Source of the DNA: an uncultured delta proteobacterium
Lineage (GTDB): Bacteria; Desulfobacterota; Binatia; UBA9968
DNA length: 64,000 nucleotides
Direction: 5' to 3'
NCBI GenBank assembly: GCA_963840855.1
Contig: CAWJBB010000040.1
Location: 1 to 64,000 of the forward strand
The position numbers and the translations under genes are program-made. The notes under the pieces were generated by a model. It was not told the origin of the DNA. It saw only the letters and a list, made by a program, of their open reading frames with translations, and did not search any database. Positions within the stretch are counted from its first letter, which is position 1; every line of letters starts with the position of its first letter. This document shows, one piece after another, positions 40,516-51,068 of the stretch.

Positions 40516-40977
40516 GTGATCGAAATCAACGAGCGTGTAGAGGTGCCAGCGGCGCCGCGGATCGTGTGGGACGTGCTGTCGGACCCGCGCGCCGTGGTCG
40601 ACTGCGTGCCTGGGGTGAAACTGGGCGACCGGCTGGAGGACGGCTCGTACGATGCGACCCTGACGGTGAAGTTCGGACCGGCCAAAGTGACTTTTCGCGC
40701 CAAGGTCGCGCTGGAGCTGGATGGCACAGCGATGATCGGGCACGTATCCGCGCGCGGCAGGGACGATCAGGGCGGTACGCGGGTGAAAACGGCGATGACC
40801 TTCAAGGTCGTGGCGGGGCAGGCACCGGGCTCGTCGGCCGTTCCCATCGACGCGCAGGTCGAGATTTCCGGCCGGCTCGCCTCGCTGGTGGAGTCCGGCG
40901 CCGCGCTGGTGGTCAAGCGCATGACGGGCGAATTCACGGAGCGCCTCGCCGCGCGCTGCGCCAAAGCAAGCGCGTAG
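40516..40977 (+). CDS. CoxG/SRPBCC family protein
   Basis: VW..LSDP..V..CVPG, VKFGP, SGRLA. Confidence 0.82.
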   Translation: MIEINERVEVPAAPRIVWDVLSDPRAVVDCVPGVKLGDRLEDGSYDATLTVKFGPAKVTFRAKVALELDGTAMIGHVSARGRDDQGGTRVKTAMTFKVVAGQAPGSSAVPIDAQVEISGRLASLVESGAALVVKRMTGEFTERLAARCAKASA

Positions 40978-41044
40978 AACGCTCCGCGATCAACGCGCAT
41001 CCTGCATCACCCATTACTTATCGTGTGGGTAAAGGAGAGAAAGA

Positions 41045-42701
41045 ATGAAGGTGTACCAGAGGCTCGCCGCCGATTTCGTCGCCGAAGGCGTCACCTACAT
41101 CTTCGGCATCATGGGCGACGGCAACATGTACTGGATGCACGAGCTGGACAAGCTCGGCGGCGTCAAGATGCTCGAAGTGCGCCATGAGGGCGCCGGGCTC
41201 GGCATGGCCGACGGCTGGGCGCGCGTGACGCGCACCCCGGGCGTTGCCACCACGACCTGTGGGCCGGGCGTCTCGCAGCTTGCCACCGCGCTGCTCACCG
41301 CCAGCCGCGCCGCGTCGCCGCTGGTCGCATTCTGCGGCGAATTCCCCTCCAATGACGACGAGTACCTCCAACGCATGGACCAGGCGGCATTCGCCGCCAG
41401 CTGCGAGACCGGCTTCATCCGCATCACGTCCCCGGAGGTGGCGGACGACTGCGTGCGCAAGGCATTTTACCTCGCCAAGCTCGAGTCCCGCCCGATCATG
41501 CTGAGCGCGCCGATGGACGTCCAGCAGATGGCGTTCGAGGACGACGACGAGCCGTACAAGCCGTCCTCCACGGTGCTCCCGAAGCGGGTGGTCCATCCGG
41601 ATCCCGCAGAGATCGAAAAAGCCGCCGACATCATCGCCGGGGCGAAACATCCGGTAGTCCTCGTTGGGCGGGGCGCGAAGTGGTCGGGCGCCGGCGACGC
41701 CGTGAAGAAGCTCTCCGGGCGCATCGGCGCGCTGATCGCCACGTCGCTGATGGCGAAGGGCTGGCTCGGCGAAGACGAATTTCACGCCGGCATCTCTGGG
41801 ACCTACGGCACGCGTGCCTCGATGAAGCTGTTCGAGGAAGCCGACTGCGTCATCGCCGTCGGCGCCAGCATGGGGCGTTACACCACCGAGCACGGCTACC
41901 TCTACCCCAATGCGCGCTTCGTCCACCTCGACTCCAAGCCGCACCTTGTGATGAGCGGGGGCCGTTCCGCCGACTGCTACGTGCAGACGGACGCAAAAGC
42001 CGGCGTGGAAGCGCTGGAGAACGCGCTCGCGAAGCGCTCTGTCAAAATGACCGGGTTTCGCACCGGGGAAGTGAAGCAGCAGCTCGCCGCCCAGCATGTG
42101 GACCGCACGGAATTCCCGATCGAGCCGGGCGCCGTGGATCCGCGGGAGATCTGCCTGGCGCTGGACGAGATGCTGCCCCCCGAAATAGGCGTGGTCACCG
42201 GCAGCGGCGCCACCGCGGGTTTCTCGAACATGCTGTTCAACAAGCCGCGCTCGCTTGGTGCTGCCCGGGCATTTCTTCGGCTGCATCGGGCAGATGCTGC
42301 CGGCGGCGATGGGGGCGGTCGCGGCGAGCGGCAACAAGCCGCACGTGCTGTGTGACGGCGATGCGAGCGTGATGATGCACGTCGGGGAGTTCGAGACGGC
42401 GGTGCGCTACGGCATGCCGCTGATGGTGGTGTGCCTGAACAACCAGGCGCTGGGCTCGGAGTACTACAAGTTCGACGCGCACAAGATGAAAGCCGACCTC
42501 GCGACCGTCGCGTCGCCGGACCTGGGCGCCGTTGGCAAGGCCTTCGGTGGCAGGGGCCGGCTTGTGCGCAGCGTGGATGAGCTCCGCTCCGCGACCAGGG
42601 AATTTCTGGAGAATCCCGCACCGACGATGCTCGACGTCCGGATTTCCCGCAGCGTGATCACCCTGCCCTACCGGCGCATCCACTACGGCCGGGACGAGTG
42701 A
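41045..42701 (+). CDS. TPP-binding protein (acetolactate synthase-like), frameshifted near 42253
   Basis: RHE...MADG, GPG; second frame carries GDAS..M..E.ET and NN TPP motif. Confidence 0.85.
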
Positions 42702-43020
42702 CGAGGGACGAGTGTCGAGGGTCGAGTGACGAGTGATAAGAGTAGCCGTCGGTCAAAAAACAACGCGCCCCGGGGATTTTTGTCCGCGAGGGCGTCAACC
42801 CGCAACGAAAGGGAGTTCGACCGGCGCGGTCGGTGTTGCCTAGTAGGTGCTTAGGTTTCGAAGCTGGGCTAACTCACTCGTCGCGGGACAATTCATCTGC
42901 GTTCCGAGCCGGCGCATGAAAAGCAATTTCGTATCGTCAGATTACCGATGCAGCCAAGGGGTTTTTAATTCGTCACGTGGTGGGCGAAGCTGTTGTCAAT
43001 CAACGTGCGCAACAGGGAAG

Positions 43021-44162
43021 GACGTATAGGAAATTTAAACAACCTTTTTTTCTGATCGGAGCTTATCGCCGAACCCGCGAGCCGTCAAGCGCACGTGCTT
43101 TAGTGAAAATCCCGGTGTTGCTTCGGATGGCTCGGGCGACGCAGCGGTCCGAAGCGCGCGATTGGGTCCCCGTCGCTGTGCTCGCTCGAACTCAGAGCGA
43201 GCGGCGCCGTCGGCTTGGGTTGGCAAGCGGCTTTCTGCTCCTCAGATCGTTTGAAATAGATCGACTCGACGCGCCGGCGCACGGCGCGGCGGGCCGCGGG
43301 TCGGCAGGCCCAGATGGCTGAGGATCTTGATGATTACCGGCGGATCATCGATGGCGGCGATAATCTTCAAGGCACCGCCGCAGTTCGGGCAGTGCTCCAC
43401 GTCGATGTCGAAGACCCGTTTGAGCAGCCGGGCCCAGCTCATGCGCGGGGTTTCTTCCTGGGCAGAGGCGTGATCGGTCGGGGGCGCGGCGGCACGCTCT
43501 GCCGGAGCGGGAACGATTTTACTGCGCAACTTCGCGTTGGGCGCCAGCACGCCGTGGAAGCGAATCAGATGTAAACGCGGGCGCGGCACCAGCGCAGCCA
43601 AGCGCTCCATGAACTCCAACGGCTCCATGACGATATGAGTGGTGCCGTCTTTGTAAGGACTCTTCAGTTGCAGCACGACTTGCCCGGCGTGATTACGTTT
43701 GAGCCGTTCGTTGGCGATGGCCGGCCGGGTGATATAGCGGCAGAGATGCTCGAGTTCTGCACGCTGATCGGCGCGCCAGCGCACCGCCGCATGCAGGCTA
43801 AAGCCGTGCGCGTTAACACGCAGCTCTGGGGCCGATGCCTTAGCTGCGCTCGGCAGGCTTTGCAAGCTCAGCACTTTCTGTCCGGCGCGTGGGCCGAGGG
43901 CGATACGATAAGTGCACGAGGCGGCTTGCAGAGACTTGAGCGCCCCATCGGAGTCGGTTTCGGCGAGGTAGGTCCGCTCCGGTTCTTCGATGAGAGCGCC
44001 CAGGCGCGTCAATAGGCGCATGGTGCGCGTGATGATCTTCAGCAGCACAGCCTCTAGCTCATCGGTAGAAGGAGCCGCAGCCTCGTGGAAGAGCGGCACG
44101 CCGTCGCGGTTTAGGTAGACGCCGTCGAGCACCAGGCAATGCAGATGAATATTCAAATTGGC
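43021..44162 (-). mobile_element. IS91/ISCR-like fragment 1 (5'-truncated Y2 transposase 43242..44162 plus oriIS end)
   Basis: NIHLHC..LDG (HUH), LCRYITRP, IRFHGVLAPN, CPNCG; end motif GGTTGTTTAAATTTCCTATACGTC. Confidence 0.88.
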
Positions 44163-44401
44163 CGGTTCAACCGCGACGCGCGAGCGAACAAAGGACTGTC
44201 CATCGACGCGAACGCGCACTACTTGTAGCTCCTCGAAATCCAGAACGGCGCCCGCCGAGCTAGCCCTCCGACAAGCGACTAACCACAGCATGCCGTTATT
44301 AGGTGTCGCCAGGGCTAGCAATGCCTTTGGGCAGACAAGGCTGTAGTCCCTGCTCGCCGGGCGCGCTGACGCGACGCGACGGCAGCGCTATGATCGCCGC
44401 C

Positions 44402-44945
44402 ATGAAAACAAGAACATCGCTCCTCCTGCTGTGCTTCTTCACGTCGTCCGGTGTCGCGCAGAGCGACATTCAAAAGCGCGTCGACGAACTTTTCGGCGAG
44501 GGCGTTTTCGGCGTCAAATGGGGCGACTCTTTCGACACCGTTAAGCTCGCGCATCCGGGCGGCAAGACCGACACATCGAACGCCGTGGTCACGCTTTACA
44601 CCGTCGAGGACGGCCGCACTGTTCTACAACTCGAACGACGCAGACGCGACGACATCGCGTTCACGTTCCAGGGTGGCCAGTTGCGAGGAATCTCTGTGGA
44701 GTTCCCCGACTGCGCGGATGTGACGTCGAAGCTGTGGGAAGTTCTCGGTTCTATCACCGAGAAGAACGAGCAGCCGCCCTCAGGCTGGTGAGTTCGGCCT
44801 CATTAAAATGGGAATGTGGCGCGGCACGAACGTCACCGTGAATGTGGCGGCGACCTATTCGTCGCTGTCGATCGCATGCTTCATGAGCGTGGCGACCGCC
44901 ATAGAGCCCGTCGAGGCGTCTCGTTCGGATCTCGGGCTGGAATAG
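44402..44945 (+). CDS. secreted hypothetical protein, frameshifted near 44778
   Basis: Signal peptide MKTRTSLLLLCFF..AQ; coding-like sequence continues in another frame to TAG 44945. Confidence 0.5.
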
Positions 44946-45487
44946 TCAACGTCCTATCGGATCGACTGCGCCCGTCTTGAGCATTCCCAACCGTCCCGCT
45001 CGAAACGCCGATTTGATTTGACCCAGAGTCTTTCCCAAGAACAACCATTCACAGGAAAGATCCGGCGCAAGGCGCGAGAACGCCAAATCCTAGAAGCGTC
45101 GGTAGTCGCTGAAGCAATGGGCTCGGAGTCGGCATCGCCTGGACTGGTTCGCTGGAGGCTAGGAGCGGCTTCCAAAGATTCGCCCGAAGCCGCGCCGGCA
45201 AGCGTTTCCGCTCCGGCGTTTACCCAGTTACCCAGAAAGCTACCCAACCGCCTCGGCGTTAGCGGCCCCAGTTCTGCTCGAGCCGCCCATAAGGCGACGA
45301 TGAGCGTGCGAGTTTGGACAGCGGTTGTAAAAGAAAGCTTGGGGCGCCGACGACCGTCGCAGGACGCACAAACCAAACCAGGCGGTCACCCGAGACTAGC
45401 GCACCCCGCGCCGGCGCAGATAGAGGACTAGATCCTCCAGCTTGTCATCGCCCAATACGCACTCGACGGTCGCGAAAGTTCCGCCTA

Positions 45488-48400
45488 TCAAGGGAACACG
45501 ATTTGAAGTTGTCCTCGCGAGAAGTATGGCTCCAGCAATGCCCACTGCACCGAGTGGCGGACCGGTGGCTCGATCTCCGCTTTCCCGCCCCTACTCTCAA
45601 TGAACTCTGCGCACGAGGCGATGAAGCTTTGCCACAAACGATGCTGCACGTCGGCCCCGTAGAAGTCGCCGATCGTGTAGACCGCGCGCTCCCACCGATC
45701 GACAGCTTCGGTATACACCTCCCAGCCGACCGGCGTCCTACGGATCCCGAACGCGCGACACCCACTCAATGGGTGCCTTCCAGCATTATCGGTCATGATG
45801 GTCGAGAAGACCCAGCCGGCCCGATCGTCATCGACATGGTAGGCGGTAACCATCAAGTCGAAATCATCTGGACCGAAGGCGTCAATGTGAATCATCGCAC
45901 CGCGCGGGTCCTGGCTCTCCCAGATCGCCTTTTCCTCCGCATCCACGGGCTCGAAGTTCGCTAGCCGCAATCCATTCCACGTCTCTGCGTCGGCCAAGTC
46001 GTCGATGTGGCGCCGAATGTATTCAAACAGAGCGCGGTGATCCATGACTGTCCCGGCTTCGGTTGGGAACGTGATGATCTTGGCCCGGTACGAATCCATA
46101 TTGATGTCATGGCCCCTAGCTTCTTCGATGCGCTGGATAGGCCAGAATGGGTCGGCGGCGCCCGGAGAGGGCGTCACTTGTGCTTCTTTCTGGCGCGCAC
46201 GAGTGAACCAAGCGGGAGGCCACTGACCTAGCCGGTTATTGGGAAAGTCCCAGAGGTAAAGCCAGGGTCCAAGCAGCCGTTGCGGCTTCGTGGGATCCGT
46301 CAGGAGTTCACTGGAGCCGCCGGCATTGGCAGGCGTGACAGGTACGCCGAGGGAATTGGCGACTGCCCCTACCAGGTTGGGTGAGGCCGCTCGGCCCTCG
46401 TCGCTGTAGGCCAACTCGCGAGCGAAAGGAGGGACCCCGGGCATATAGTCGCCTGAGATAGTCCTCCCGTCCCCGCTGGTGGGGAAGGCGTCAGTGCCGC
46501 TCGCGCCACCGCCGCTCGTGCTTACGCCCGATGACGAAGCGCCGCCCGCACGAGAGCCACCCGAAACGCCGCGTTGATCCAAGTCACGCCCATGATTGAC
46601 CCATGCGCCGTCGCCGGAAATGCCTGCCTTCGAGCCGCCGCCGGCTGATCCGGAACCGCCACTGCCGCCACCCCCATTATTGGCGTTGAGCACCTTCCAC
46701 ATATCGGCCGCGGCTTTGCCCATTTCCGTCGCCTGGTTGGTAGCGGCCTGAAAGTTGGCGCTGGCGATGCGGCCTGCCTCGGTGGCCGCTGATAGCGTGC
46801 CGGAGGAGGCCGCCTGTATCGTCGCCTGGGTTCCAGCCAGCCCGCTCATGTCCCTGAACATGTTTGCCGTGGCGAGGGCGCCCAGCGACGCCGTGAGACC
46901 CGTCGGGTCCGGAAGCGCGGTCGGGTTCATGATATTCAGCACCGGCGCCGAAAGCTGGCCAGGTCTCAGGTCGTCGGACGATCCACGGCTCCCGGTGCCG
47001 ATGACCGCGATTTCGGTTGGCTGGAGCGGAATTGGTGAGTCTTGCCAGTTCCAGAAGCGTGTGACATCAAGCTTTTCGGCCGAGTTGGAACGGCCGAGAA
47101 CGGCTTCCGCGAAGACCCCGCCCGTCGGCACAGGGATAAGCCGCTCGTCCGCCTTGTCGAAGTCTATACCTCGCTCTTCGAGAAGTTGTCCCCATGTCTG
47201 TTCAACGACGAGCCCACTTGCGTCACTAGTTTCCGCTGGCGCGCGGAGCACCAAGAAATTACCGCTGACCGCGACCGGGTTTGGTTCGACTTGATCGACT
47301 AACGGCCGGCCAAGCCACGTGACGCTGGACAACAATGACACAAGCGACGCCGAGTCCAAATTGGCTAGGACAGCGCGTGTGTAATAGACACGGTTAGCGT
47401 GCAGGTGCGCATGCAACTCGGCGCGGCGATCGGCACTGTCACCGGCAAGGAACGCTGCTACCTGCATGTTCGTGCCAGAGATGAGCGACAGTGGCACGAC
47501 CGCTAGCTGACGGTGGCCCTCGGATTCATAACGAAGGATCATGGATCCGACAGACTCTGTGCTTGTGTCGCGTGCAACGTGTATCGAACTGATCGTTCGC
47601 AATGGGATGGGAGTGGCAAAGTCGATTTGGTCTGTGGCACCCGGAACGACGAATGTGGTTGCCTCCGCGGACACGCCTTCCTGATCAATCCGGACGCGGT
47701 CGATCCCGACGTCCTCAAACCCCAGCGAGACCAGGACCGCGTCACCAGGGACGATTTCAGCAACCGGTCCTGGGCGAACGACGGTAAACCTTTTCGGCAA
47801 TGGAGTTGCTGGCGTTGCCGGGTCGCCCGCGGACGGAGGCGCAATGGCGCTGCTGGGCGAGCCGGCGGCTGAGTTAACGTTGTCTGCCATGCGCGCCATG
47901 AACCTCCTGGAAGTCATGACCTCCGTGGCCAGGTCGCCGACGCTAAACGGCTGAGAGATACGCACGCCGCTCCGTATTTCGATGCGTCCACGCTCGTCGA
48001 AGAGGAGCTGAGCGACGCGCTCCGAAAGCGCAGCGGCACGCAGCTGAAAACGAAAACGTGCGACGAGGTCGGCAGCATCAGCACCGGAGAAGTCGAGGAG
48101 CTCGAACGGTACAAACAATACGCGCTCGAATTTGTTGAGCTGGACCGTCACGCGGTAAAGCTGGACAACTTCGTAATACTGAACAGTCAGCGCATGCATG
48201 TGGTTGTAATTTGCGACTATCCGCGTACTGACTTGTTCGTGCTCGGATTGTGACACCTCCCGCACCGCGCTCGCGCGACGGTTGCGGACGGAGGTCGCGT
48301 GCTGCTCCGTCCGGTCGTTGACCGTCTGCGTCATCTCCGCCATGACGGATCGCGACCCAACCGACCAGGACGTGCTTAAAGCTTCTGATTTCGTCTCCGA

Positions 48401-49399
48401 CTCTTGGCTTGAGCTGGAACCACCGCCTCCAAAGCCAAAGACGCCTGTAATGCCTTGGTATACGCCCGCGACACCGCCGCCAGCGCTTGCAGCCCAACCG
48501 CTTGCATCACTCGTTGACTTGGCCCAGCCGCTGGCGAAGGACCCGCCTGACTGCATTTCATTGGCGACCGCATTTTGGATTTCACTGGCGGCGCGTGAGT
48601 GACTGGTCGCGTTATCGAGCTGCTCACGTTCATCGACGCTCTCGGTTGCGCTCGCCTGGGTCCGCCTCGCCCAATCGATGACCGCGATCCGCGTAGCCTC
48701 TCCCGGAGCGAGCGCGAGCGAGTGGACCATATGTCCGAGGGTGATTCCCTGAGCGAACCAAGATTGGGAGTAGGTCGCAATGGCGCCCACTGCCGGTGCC
48801 CCGAATGCCGATCCCGATCCGGTCAGCTGCGTCAACGATAACGGCTCGCGCAACGGCGTCTGATTACCTGGAGAGCCAGCTCCGAGCATGACAAGCTTGT
48901 CGTAGTAGACTCGCTCCGTCGGGTATTGGCCCATCTTCGGCCGAAGCTCTTCGGCCGTGTCGTCAACCGTCAGGACGGTTCCGGCTGCGAAACTCACGAT
49001 TTCGTGCGCCATTTGCCGCGGCGGCCAAAGGGCGAAATCGCGGACTGTCGGCGTATGTAGGGCGTCAGCCAGTGCTGTGGCATCAGCCGTTGAAAGGCCC
49101 CGGAGCACGTTTAAAGGAGATCCGGGGATATCGGACAACGCTACGTCAGCGGCCTCCGAATCGATGATATCGCTAGCAATCATCTTCAAGGATGAATCGG
49201 CCGCGCTGCAGGCCGCACTGCCCTGGCCAAAAATGGCTGACGACCCCAGATCGAAAATGGTTCGTACGTGGATGCGCTCTAAAGCCGTTGCGGCTTCAGT
49301 GCCTACGCCTTGGAGTTCGGTGACCGGCTGCTGCAAGATTTCCCGAAGACTAAGGTTCACGCTTGATGAGCGGACGAATTGTTTGAACGTCGGCTGCAC
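45488..49399 (-). CDS. large modular hypothetical protein (1303 aa), putative pore-forming/toxin-delivery scaffold
   Basis: 3.9-kb ORF; GTG start after AAAGGAG; HhH-like N-terminus, S/T-rich segment, motifs NYNHMHALTVQYYEV and RFWNWQDSPIP, G/S linker, distinct C-terminal domain. Confidence 0.8.
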   Translation of the reverse strand: MQPTFKQFVRSSSVNLSLREILQQPVTELQGVGTEAATALERIHVRTIFDLGSSAIFGQGSAACSAADSSLKMIASDIIDSEAADVALSDIPGSPLNVLRGLSTADATALADALHTPTVRDFALWPPRQMAHEIVSFAAGTVLTVDDTAEELRPKMGQYPTERVYYDKLVMLGAGSPGNQTPLREPLSLTQLTGSGSAFGAPAVGAIATYSQSWFAQGITLGHMVHSLALAPGEATRIAVIDWARRTQASATESVDEREQLDNATSHSRAASEIQNAVANEMQSGGSFASGWAKSTSDASGWAASAGGGVAGVYQGITGVFGFGGGGSSSSQESETKSEALSTSWSVGSRSVMAEMTQTVNDRTEQHATSVRNRRASAVREVSQSEHEQVSTRIVANYNHMHALTVQYYEVVQLYRVTVQLNKFERVLFVPFELLDFSGADAADLVARFRFQLRAAALSERVAQLLFDERGRIEIRSGVRISQPFSVGDLATEVMTSRRFMARMADNVNSAAGSPSSAIAPPSAGDPATPATPLPKRFTVVRPGPVAEIVPGDAVLVSLGFEDVGIDRVRIDQEGVSAEATTFVVPGATDQIDFATPIPLRTISSIHVARDTSTESVGSMILRYESEGHRQLAVVPLSLISGTNMQVAAFLAGDSADRRAELHAHLHANRVYYTRAVLANLDSASLVSLLSSVTWLGRPLVDQVEPNPVAVSGNFLVLRAPAETSDASGLVVEQTWGQLLEERGIDFDKADERLIPVPTGGVFAEAVLGRSNSAEKLDVTRFWNWQDSPIPLQPTEIAVIGTGSRGSSDDLRPGQLSAPVLNIMNPTALPDPTGLTASLGALATANMFRDMSGLAGTQATIQAASSGTLSAATEAGRIASANFQAATNQATEMGKAAADMWKVLNANNGGGGSGGSGSAGGGSKAGISGDGAWVNHGRDLDQRGVSGGSRAGGASSSGVSTSGGGASGTDAFPTSGDGRTISGDYMPGVPPFARELAYSDEGRAASPNLVGAVANSLGVPVTPANAGGSSELLTDPTKPQRLLGPWLYLWDFPNNRLGQWPPAWFTRARQKEAQVTPSPGAADPFWPIQRIEEARGHDINMDSYRAKIITFPTEAGTVMDHRALFEYIRRHIDDLADAETWNGLRLANFEPVDAEEKAIWESQDPRGAMIHIDAFGPDDFDLMVTAYHVDDDRAGWVFSTIMTDNAGRHPLSGCRAFGIRRTPVGWEVYTEAVDRWERAVYTIGDFYGADVQHRLWQSFIASCAEFIESRGGKAEIEPPVRHSVQWALLEPYFSRGQLQIVFP

Positions 49400-49788
49400 G
49401 GTGGGCTCTCCTTTATGGTCCGATACTTCGTGTGCTGCCAAAATCAATGATCAACTGTGCGTTGATGATTGGAGTCCGGGTTTAGCTAGAACATGTGGAC
49501 ATCGCATAGGTGTTGCACGCCCACCTTAACGGCTTGACACAACGTTTCTGCTGATTCGACCTCCCAGAAAAAAATGCCGTTCGCGAATCTCTCTTTTTTG
49601 TCGCAGGAATCACATCCTGCGTTTTGCGTCGCACTGTTTCAAGTCGCTTGCATCCCGTCGCGTCGTACCTCGTCCATAGGGTCGACAAAGGACTGCTAGA
49701 GCGCGATAGAGGCCTTCGGCGACTGGGTATAGCAAGATTCCGGCTCAATGCATCGGCTAGAGTTATCGCTAGCAACATCACGCGCGGT

Positions 49789-50676
49789 TACGAATAGGAT
49801 TTTTAAACGACCTTTTCTATGGCGGAGCTATATCGCAACCCCGGCAGAGTTGTCAATTCCTGTTCTGCTTGATGAAAAACCCACTGTTGTACCGGTCCGC
49901 TTGGCCGGAGAGCAGTCGGGAGGCAAGCGAAAGGTTTCTTATGGAGACGCTCGGTCGAACTCAGAGCGACCGGCGCCGTCGGCTCGCGTTGGCAACCGGT
50001 TTTCGGCTCCTCAGATTGTCTGGAATAAATCGAATCGCTGCGCAGGGGAGCGTGGCGGGGCGTGCGTGGGCAGGCCCAGATGGGCGAGGATTTTGACAAT
50101 CACCGGCGGATCTTCGATGGCGGCGATGCTCTTCAAGCTGCCGCCGCAGTTCGGGCAGTGGTCGATGTCGATATCGAAGACTCGTTTGAGCAGCCTGGCC
50201 CAACTCAGGCGCGCCGGCGCGTGATCGCATGCGGGCGCGGTTGCTTGCTCTACCGGACTGGGGACGATTTCATGACGCAGCTTTGCGTTCGGCGCGAGCA
50301 CGCCATGGAAGCGGATTAGATGTAAGCGCGGACGGGGCACCAGGGCGGCCAGGCGCTGCATGAATTCCAGCGGCGCCATGACGATATGGGTGGTGCCGTC
50401 CTTGAACGCGCTCTTCAGTTGCAACACGACATCGCCGGCGCGATTACGCTTGAGCCGTTCGTTGGCGATCGCCGGGCGGGTGATATAGCGGCATAGGTGC
50501 TCTAGTTCCTTGCGCTGATCGGCGCCCCAGCGCACCGCCGCATGAAGGCTGAAGCCGTGGAGTTTGGTACACAGCTCCGGGGCGGATGGCCTGTCTGCGC
50601 TCGGCACGCTTTGCAAGCTCAGCACTTTCTGTCCCGCTCGCGGACCGGGCGCGATGCGGTAGGTGCATGAGGCCGC
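49789..50676 (-). mobile_element. IS91/ISCR-like fragment 2 (transposase 3' part 50011..50676 plus oriIS end)
   Basis: Diverged homolog of fragment 1; end GGTCGTTTAAAAATCCTATTCGTA. Confidence 0.85.
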
Positions 50677-50678
50677 TG

Positions 50679-50948
50679 GGCGGTGAAGATTTGCGACGTT
50701 GGCCGCTTGCAAAACGGAAGGCAGCACTCCGCGGGCTGCTCGAAGTTGAGCGCGGCGGCATTCAGTACGTCGAGCACACGGAAGGTGATGGCGACAAGAT
50801 GTTCGAAGCGGTGTGCAAGCTCGGGCTTGAGGGCATCGTATCGAAGCGGGCTGGGTCGTTTTACCGATCTGGGCCGTCGAAGATGTGGATCAAGGTCAAG
50901 AACCCGAAGGCACCGGCGGCCACGCGCGTTCTTGAGGGAGGGCTTTAA
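50679..50948 (+). pseudogene. ATP-dependent DNA ligase (LigD-type) C-terminal fragment
   Basis: DLR..PL..RK, GLEGIVSKR..S.Y.SG, W.KVK; 5' end cut by the IS91 fragment. Confidence 0.82.
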
Positions 50949-51068
50949 GCTGCCTTGCTACGATGTGGGATCACTTCGCATTCACCTGCCCAAATGGCGG
51001 CGATCCGTCACCGGAGGCCTGGGCCGTTTGTTCGCTCCGCTGAGCAATTTCCGCCAATCGCGTAGCAC

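Noticed and set aside
41018-42337. 439-aa antisense ORF
   Set aside because: Shadow of the TPP enzyme gene.
44163-44321. N-terminal part of the 359-aa IS91 ORF
   Set aside because: Unrelated sequence fused in frame; transposase similarity starts at NLNIHLH.
44789-44791. TGA as a second selenocysteine
   Set aside because: In-frame readthrough stops after four codons; the continuation is in another frame and there is no Cys-motif context.
39800-45000. Integron cassettes (DUF4156 lipoprotein, secreted ORF)
   Set aside because: No convincing attC with paired RYYYAAC/GTTRRRY boxes and no intI.
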